This document shows, piece after piece, positions 58,263-64,000 of a stretch of DNA of 64,000 bases. Position 1 is the stretch's first letter; the number at the start of each line of letters is the position of its first letter. Under the pieces are notes generated by a model. The model did no database searches, was not told the DNA's origin, and saw nothing but the letters and a program-made list of their open reading frames with translations. A program made the translations under genes and the position numbers. The stretch spans positions 9,334 through 73,333 of the forward strand of contig CAYHXX010000001.1 in the NCBI GenBank assembly GCA_964360785.1, read 5' to 3'. The stretch is from an uncultured Gammaproteobacteria bacterium. GTDB taxonomy: Bacteria; Patescibacteriota; Microgenomatia; Woykebacterales; RBG-16-39-9b.

Positions 58263-58933
58263 TTGCTGGTTGTTTGTTTATTAGGGAACATTCTGGAAAG
58301 ACGCAGGAAGGCTGAGATCGCAAATGTCAGTAAAAAGAAGTACCAAAGCTGATCCAGTATCGTTCCTTTGATATCCGATCCCAGATTTCGAGAATGGATA
58401 AATATCAGAATGAAAACCAAGTAATTTGCTATATGAATGTAACGCCAATACTTTTGTAAAAACTTTGCTTTGCGAAACAAAGCGGCGGAAGCGGCTAAGA
58501 TCAACAAAAAGAGAGCAGTAGTTCCCAATAAAGCAAAGACTCGCAGGTTTTCTGGCAGGAATTTATAGCCGATATAGAGTTGAATCGTGTAAATGAGTGG
58601 AACTGCAGCTGCGTGTGTAACTGCAAATAACAATGCAAAGAGTCCTTGAGTACGGTGAAAGTTTAGGATCTTTGGGAAAACACGGACCAGCAACGCCATG
58701 TTCATACCAATAATTGTCTGTGCCCAGACCAGGGTGAAGGCGTAGAGACCAAAAACTGGGAATATCAACGAAGCAAAAGTTTTGAAGTTGTCCGTTTGGT
58801 AAAAGTCAAAGCCACCTCTTTGGGAAAAGAAAATATAGCCTGGGAGGAAGACGATTACCAAATAGAGCAATAGGATACTCGGTCGCAGCCAAGATTTATT
58901 TATTTCCAGGAAGTTATTCATTCTAGTACCCAC
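58259..58933 (-). CDS. ferric-reductase-like transmembrane domain protein
   Basis: Six TM helices with paired His residues (NFHRTQG, THAAAV, YIHIANY, FIHS). Confidence 0.5.
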   Translation of the reverse strand: MGTRMNNFLEINKSWLRPSILLLYLVIVFLPGYIFFSQRGGFDFYQTDNFKTFASLIFPVFGLYAFTLVWAQTIIGMNMALLVRVFPKILNFHRTQGLFALLFAVTHAAAVPLIYTIQLYIGYKFLPENLRVFALLGTTALFLLILAASAALFRKAKFLQKYWRYIHIANYLVFILIFIHSRNLGSDIKGTILDQLWYFFLLTFAISAFLRLSRMFPNKQTTSK

Positions 58934-58944
58934 TCTACCATACT

Positions 58945-59340
58945 TTAGCCTGCTTTGACCTGGACTAGTTGGAAGTAGTTGCCGTCGAGATCTTCAAAAG
59001 TAGCCACATAGCCGTAACCTTCCATGTGGTATTTGTCCTGAATTTTCTTTACACCAGCTTTGTCTAGGTTTCCTACAGCTTCATCAATGTCATCCACCTC
59101 AAAATTGACAATTATTCTTTGTGGTTCGGTTGCTTTACCTTTTACCTCTGAGTGAGAGTTTATATAAAAAGCACTTTTATCCCCTACCTTCATCTCAAAA
59201 ACACTACTATCTTCCCCCATCTCATATTCCTCCCCAATCTCAACTCCGACTTTCTCAGAGTAAAATTCTGCCAATGCTTTGGCGTTACCAGAACCGATTA
59301 AAACTGCTTCAATACCTTTAATCATTTTAATGTCCTCCAA
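58945..59340 (-). CDS. VOC/glyoxalase-bleomycin-resistance family protein
   Basis: Two beta-alpha-beta-beta-beta modules; 131 aa. Confidence 0.7.
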   Translation of the reverse strand: MEDIKMIKGIEAVLIGSGNAKALAEFYSEKVGVEIGEEYEMGEDSSVFEMKVGDKSAFYINSHSEVKGKATEPQRIIVNFEVDDIDEAVGNLDKAGVKKIQDKYHMEGYGYVATFEDLDGNYFQLVQVKAG

Positions 59341-59490
59341 ATTTTAAAAATAATGTTGAAAATTCTAACAATGCCGAATTCTAAAAGCAACACTCAAGCG
59401 GGCCTTTTGGTTAGTAAGATAAGACGTGAGATTAATTTTGCAGTTTGACAAACTAGCCGCAACTACGAAACAATCCTTTTAGGAGGACTT

Positions 59491-59721
59491 ATGCCCAAAT
59501 TTATCTATCATCAGGACGGTGAAAAGAAGAAAATCTTAACTGAAGATATGAAAGGTGAAGAGTCGTTTGCCGGAAGCATGCCGGATATGGAAGATGCCGA
59601 TGACACAACTAAGGCCGAGCACGAGATGGGATTGTATACCCGTGAGGACGAGAACCACCCCAAAGAGTCTGGTTTAGGCGAGGAAGTCGAAAAGGGAGAA
59701 AGAAAGTGGGAAGAAGATTAA
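59491..59721 (+). CDS. small acidic hypothetical protein
   Basis: AGGAGG RBS; 76 aa, E/D/K-rich. Confidence 0.4.
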   Translation: MPKFIYHQDGEKKKILTEDMKGEESFAGSMPDMEDADDTTKAEHEMGLYTREDENHPKESGLGEEVEKGERKWEED

Positions 59722-59751
59722 AAGACAAAATAAAAAACCAACTCGCACCAA

Positions 59752-60579
59752 CTAGTGGATTCCGAAAAGTATTTTGCTAGCTTCAAATATACCCCAAATA
59801 GCGATCAAGACAAAAGCTATACTACCTGCAAAGGAAATATAAGGATTCTTTACTAGTGTAATTGTTCTACTTGGAGAAATGAATAAGAATGCGTTTAGAA
59901 TTGCGTGTCCAGCAAAGACACCAATTGCAAATCCAAAAACATTTATGATATCGAATAGTGGCACATAACCGGCGAAATCATCCAAACCCAGTATAAATGG
60001 AATGCTGAAAGAAACACTGATCAACGCCCAAAAGTTGAAATTTTTTACTTGACTCAGCCGGTGCGGTATCAGTTTATTTAGAATTGGTCCAAAGATATTG
60101 TTAAATTTGGTCAGTACCACATCTGACTGATCCACAAGGCTGTTAAATGTTTCAGGCAAGTGAACTTGGGAACTTTTAGCATGATCAAGACCGTCTTGAG
60201 CCAATCTGAAAAGTACCAAGGAAGCAATAATTATCATTGCTGCTAGCAGAATATCTACCTCTTTAAAGAAACTCCAAATTATTAAAATTAAGAAAGTACC
60301 AAGGGCGTTACCTAACGCCGTACCTGTTTCGATAGCAATCCGTTTTTTCCAACCAGGGTTGGAATTCATTAGGTTGCCAATAAAGATAGCAAAATCGACT
60401 GAGGTTTTAAGGTAAATCGTCAGTCCAATAATAATATCTTGACTTCGAATCTGCAGAATTATCTTTTCTGAGCTAAAGGTATTTAGAACTCTAATAAGCA
60501 AAAACAAAAGGCTGCTCAGGAATATAAAGATCACTACAGTTAATATGAGTGGTAGAAACTGCTCTTTAAAGAATTTCAT
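59752..60579 (-). CDS. polytopic membrane protein (possible cation-transporter-like)
   Basis: About eight TM helices; internal repeat motifs (ETGTALGNALG / LGLDDFAGYVP). Confidence 0.45.
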   Translation of the reverse strand: MKFFKEQFLPLILTVVIFIFLSSLLFLLIRVLNTFSSEKIILQIRSQDIIIGLTIYLKTSVDFAIFIGNLMNSNPGWKKRIAIETGTALGNALGTFLILIIWSFFKEVDILLAAMIIIASLVLFRLAQDGLDHAKSSQVHLPETFNSLVDQSDVVLTKFNNIFGPILNKLIPHRLSQVKNFNFWALISVSFSIPFILGLDDFAGYVPLFDIINVFGFAIGVFAGHAILNAFLFISPSRTITLVKNPYISFAGSIAFVLIAIWGIFEASKILFGIH

Positions 60580-60582
60580 TTT

Positions 60583-61581
60583 TTACTGGAATTTAACCTT
60601 GATTGTGACTTTGTCTTGGTCAGAGCCATCGCTGGTAGCGGCATTGTAGATTTCGATAGTGCCGTTCCCACTTTTTGGTTTGTCAAAGGTTACACTACCA
60701 GAGAATGCTGATCTCTCGGTTCCCGAAGCTGTTTTTAGCGTCGTCTCAGTCAGTGTCTTACCATTACCATCCTTGATCCTGACACTAACCACTCCTTCAA
60801 ACGCTAACGCTTGCCCAGAAATCGCTACGGGGCTGGCAACAGTACTGTCCGGCCAGGGCTCATCCACGATAATGTTTCTTGAGTCTGACCAGGGAGGATT
60901 GACTACTTCATCAATAAACTCCACAGAAGCAAGGAAATCTTCATAAATTTTTGTATCGGCCTCGAAATCCGCATCAGTTGAGTTGAGAGTAAATACATAA
61001 GTGCGGTTGTTGGTTGAGGTAGCGGTGATGATAGCGCGTGGATAGGCAATCAGCGGATCATCTTTTGCTCGTGTGATCACCAGTTGCGTGCCTTTAATTT
61101 TTCCGGCAGTTACCTTGCCGAATTCAAACTTGGAAGAGTTGTTGCTCTGATTGGTAGTTACCAGCTCCTCAGACCTATCAGTAATTGAAATATTTATTAT
61201 ACCGGGAAAATCTCCACTAAAATCTTTGTTTGAAAGACCAACTTCCAAACCGGAAACTTTAATTTCTTTTTCTTTCCACCCGGCTTCAAAACAAGCTTGA
61301 TAACCCTGTTTGTTATTGTTGAGATCTTGTTTCGGCTTACAGCGCTCAGTCAAAACTTTGGCTGATATAGTCGCTTCTTTCTTAGCACCTTCAGTTGTTT
61401 TCTTTGAGTTGGAAGTTTCTTTTTTGTTAATTAAAGATGACACACCAAAGATTAGCAAAGCAGCAACTGCTATCAAGGTTACAAAAAAGAGTATTTTTTG
61501 CCAGAAAGGTCGCGAATGTGGACTAGCTACTTCTACTATTTTGTGTGGTTCATTGTCCAAGTCTGAGGAGAATTCCATCAA
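60583..61581 (-). CDS. membrane-anchored secreted hypothetical protein
   Basis: N-terminal TM; S/T-rich beta-rich ectodomain. Confidence 0.5.
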   Translation of the reverse strand: MMEFSSDLDNEPHKIVEVASPHSRPFWQKILFFVTLIAVAALLIFGVSSLINKKETSNSKKTTEGAKKEATISAKVLTERCKPKQDLNNNKQGYQACFEAGWKEKEIKVSGLEVGLSNKDFSGDFPGIINISITDRSEELVTTNQSNNSSKFEFGKVTAGKIKGTQLVITRAKDDPLIAYPRAIITATSTNNRTYVFTLNSTDADFEADTKIYEDFLASVEFIDEVVNPPWSDSRNIIVDEPWPDSTVASPVAISGQALAFEGVVSVRIKDGNGKTLTETTLKTASGTERSAFSGSVTFDKPKSGNGTIEIYNAATSDGSDQDKVTIKVKFQ

Positions 61582-61849
61582 TTTTACTCTAATCCAATTG
61601 AGTTTGGCTTGTCAAACAAAACCTACTTTAAGCCTGCTTGTTTGTTGACCAAAACTTTTTAAAATAATATAAATTGTTTAAGCAGCTCATCCAAAGCACG
61701 AATTCCAAAGTTCGTATTCTGGATCACATCTGGACATGCAAGGTGGGCTGCTCTACGAAAGCGATCTCGAAAGAGGTCGTTTTCTTTTTTGCTTCAAAAA
61801 CGATGAGGACCGGCATTACTGTCGGTCCTGCGATCGTCTCTCGTTTCCT

Positions 61850-62596
61850 CTAAGCAGTTAGGGTGAGCTCGTTGTTCATTGCCCACAGAATCAAAAGGGC
61901 TTTTGGACCTTCTTCGTCTGCGGGAGTTCGAGCGTCCGCCAGGGCGTCTCTCCACAGACCGATGTTCCAAGGTGGGTCGCTGCCGATGACCTTGGACGCG
62001 AGGTACGGGATTGCAGAAACCACCCTATACTTGACCAGTGTCTGGTACTGACGCAGGTCGACGAGAAGAGCGTTGATGTCCTGCTTCAATGAGACGCGGA
62101 CCGGGTCGTTCAAGTGCCAGTTGAAGTCGTAGATCCCTGTTGACCAGGCTGCCAGCCGTTCACAAAACTCAGCAACGTACTGGTCGTAAGGCTTCACGAC
62201 GTAGTTGGCTCCGATCCTAATGGTGGATAGAACACCCAGCCAGGTGTTGAACGCCAGAGCATGGCTGAAGTAGGCGCTGCTGTCGGCATGGAAGGCCCTG
62301 AGTAGGCACTTGCACGCCTCGTGGGCTAAGACCGGTCTTCCCCCGTCCTCCTTTCTGTAAAATTGCGCTACTCGGGTGATGATCCCAAGCAACTGGATTG
62401 CCCGCTCGCACTGGACAGGATCCTCGATTGGCTGCTTCCGGGGGTAGTCCACTTTGGCGGGGTCTGGGCGTAGATCTTGCTCCCCGTTGTAGAGCAGGCC
62501 ACAGATTTCCGGCACGTTGTCGGCCGCAGACAACTTTGTAATCAGGTCGCTAAGCGTCAGATGGGGTTTGACATTGGTGAGCATGGTGTCCTCCAA
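61850..62596 (-). CDS. GC-rich hypothetical protein
   Basis: 248 aa, about 58% GC in low-GC flanks; stem-loop terminator downstream. Confidence 0.45.
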   Translation of the reverse strand: MEDTMLTNVKPHLTLSDLITKLSAADNVPEICGLLYNGEQDLRPDPAKVDYPRKQPIEDPVQCERAIQLLGIITRVAQFYRKEDGGRPVLAHEACKCLLRAFHADSSAYFSHALAFNTWLGVLSTIRIGANYVVKPYDQYVAEFCERLAAWSTGIYDFNWHLNDPVRVSLKQDINALLVDLRQYQTLVKYRVVSAIPYLASKVIGSDPPWNIGLWRDALADARTPADEEGPKALLILWAMNNELTLTA

Positions 62597-62718
62597 AAAT
62601 ACCGGTACATGGCCCCGGTCTAGGCCGTTTGGATAGACACACCTTTGGTGATTCTCTCTGTGCTCCTTTCAACCACAGAGTTACCTATATTATAGGATAA
62701 GATGTCAATTGAAGATGT

Positions 62719-63927
62719 TTATTTAAGAATCAAGGCGTTGGGAAGTGAGCGGCCGGGGTCGACTTTATAACCATTGTAGTAAAGTGCGGACGAACCTCCT
62801 CCGTCAAGATTGAGTGCGTGGGTGACTCCGAGAGCAAGCATAATATTTGCTAGATCTGTAACACTTGCCGAACTGGCCACTACCAAATATATAGTACTAC
62901 CTTTCACCGCTACTCCCCCTCGGGCGCCTTTAGTATTCTGGGCACTGGTTAGTTCGTATTGACCAACAATACTTTGGCCGTTCTGGACTAGTCCCGGGAA
63001 ATTAACGATCCCCGCCCGGATACCGCTCAAACCTGAGTAACTATTTGCCTGAGAGTAAAAGTACGCTCCCGAGCTGGTAAAAGCCATCATGGCACGGTTG
63101 GTCCAAAGCATTTTGTCTTCATTGATCCATTTGGAAAGGTTGGAGTTGTAAACTGGCATATCGTAGGAGTTTACCTTACCTGCACAGGATCCGTAATCTG
63201 GAGGGCAAAAATAAGTTCCGTTGATACCGGCAAAACCACCGTTACTACTAACGTAACTCTGTAAACTTTTTGTAGAGCAGTTGTCAGAACAATTTTCGGA
63301 ATTTCCCGTGTCAGTTCGTACCGAGCTCACACTTCCAGCCACTACATAGACTGTGAAACTCCCGCCGTTGGCAGTTTTAATCGTTGTCTTACAATAGCCA
63401 GAAGATGGAATACTGCTGCAGGTTGAAGAAGAAGTTGAAGTCGTAGTTTTTTTGGCGGCGTCCGCTGCTTGCTTGGCTTTTAATGCGGTCTCAAGATCAA
63501 TATCGAGTTTAGAAAGAAGGGCGTCAGCGTCGTTATATTTTTTGGCAAGCAGTTGATCTACGACAGTTGGGAACTGGGCGTCAACCGCAGTTGTGTCCAC
63601 TCCGGAGGCTTTGTAACTGGTACTTTTGTCTTTAACCAGCAGATACTTGTCCAAAGTGTTATTCGCAAGTGTTAGTTGGGCCCGGGTGTCTTCGTTGCGC
63701 AAAATATCGTTTTCTTTAAGGACACTTTTTATCTGAGCTGAAAGGGACGCAATTTGAGCTTCCTTACTCGAGAGGGTTTTGCTATTTCTTGCTGAGTCCT
63801 GACTTGTCCGGGTCAAGAAATAAAGTGAAAGCAAGCTGAGTGCTACCAACAACGCACCGAGAACAATGGCAATTCTCTTGTTTGTCAAAATACTTCGTAC
63901 AGGAATGTTTGGAAGTGAGAACTTCAT
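62719..63927 (-). CDS. membrane-anchored phosphodiester glycosidase-family (NAGPA-like) protein
   Basis: N-terminal TM, coiled coil, S/T linker, C-terminal LNLDGGGSSALYYNG motif. Confidence 0.5.
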   Translation of the reverse strand: MKFSLPNIPVRSILTNKRIAIVLGALLVALSLLSLYFLTRTSQDSARNSKTLSSKEAQIASLSAQIKSVLKENDILRNEDTRAQLTLANNTLDKYLLVKDKSTSYKASGVDTTAVDAQFPTVVDQLLAKKYNDADALLSKLDIDLETALKAKQAADAAKKTTTSTSSSTCSSIPSSGYCKTTIKTANGGSFTVYVVAGSVSSVRTDTGNSENCSDNCSTKSLQSYVSSNGGFAGINGTYFCPPDYGSCAGKVNSYDMPVYNSNLSKWINEDKMLWTNRAMMAFTSSGAYFYSQANSYSGLSGIRAGIVNFPGLVQNGQSIVGQYELTSAQNTKGARGGVAVKGSTIYLVVASSASVTDLANIMLALGVTHALNLDGGGSSALYYNGYKVDPGRSLPNALILK

Positions 63928-64000
63928 AAAACTAATCAGTTTTTTCTGGCTTGCTCAAGTGATGGTTTGAGTTTTCCTTGACACGCATTTGGTCAAGGTC

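Overview
The window is low-GC (roughly 40%), gene-dense bacterial chromosome whose core-gene content suggests a reduced-genome, Patescibacteria/CPR-like organism, but that placement is inference only. About 80 CDS and one tRNA (Leu-CAA) are supportable from the sequence. Recognisable housekeeping genes include dnaB, efp, pepA, an M24 Xaa-Pro aminopeptidase, lgt, yebC, ruvC, an RluD-like pseudouridine synthase, HPF, a ClpC-like ATPase, two P-type ATPases, a MacB-like ABC pair, an Lpd-like oxidoreductase and ThpR. Four stretches stand out. First, a roughly 12-kb segment (about 26.9-38.9 kb) is bracketed by two inverted copies of a hairpin-rich ~175-bp repeat. It is a mosaic of low-GC genes and markedly GC-rich (about 55-60%), probably horizontally acquired, small genes, including a paralogous 115-aa pair, a Zn-ribbon protein, a C39-like peptidase and a frameshifted alpha/beta-hydrolase. 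A ParB-like nuclease-domain gene lies just outside the right-hand repeat. Second, a 1.8-kb stretch (23.1-24.9 kb) has no substantial ORF. It contains a GC-rich structured segment, two strong terminators, long palindromes and two small ORFs with consensus Shine-Dalgarno sites, and is a likely home for ncRNA genes. Third, a metal-homeostasis neighbourhood (46.7-57.2 kb) contains a P1B-type ATPase, a Cys-rich TRASH-like 61-aa protein fused in an operon to a MacB-like ABC transporter, a 2.2-copy 34-nt hairpin tandem repeat in that operon's promoter, a CsoR/RcnR-like small repressor, a GC-rich islet and a P2-type ATPase. Fourth, a cluster carries a T4SS-coupling-protein-like ATPase with a long low-complexity tail next to an LCP-family protein. 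No CRISPR array, rRNA, integrase or transposase was found.
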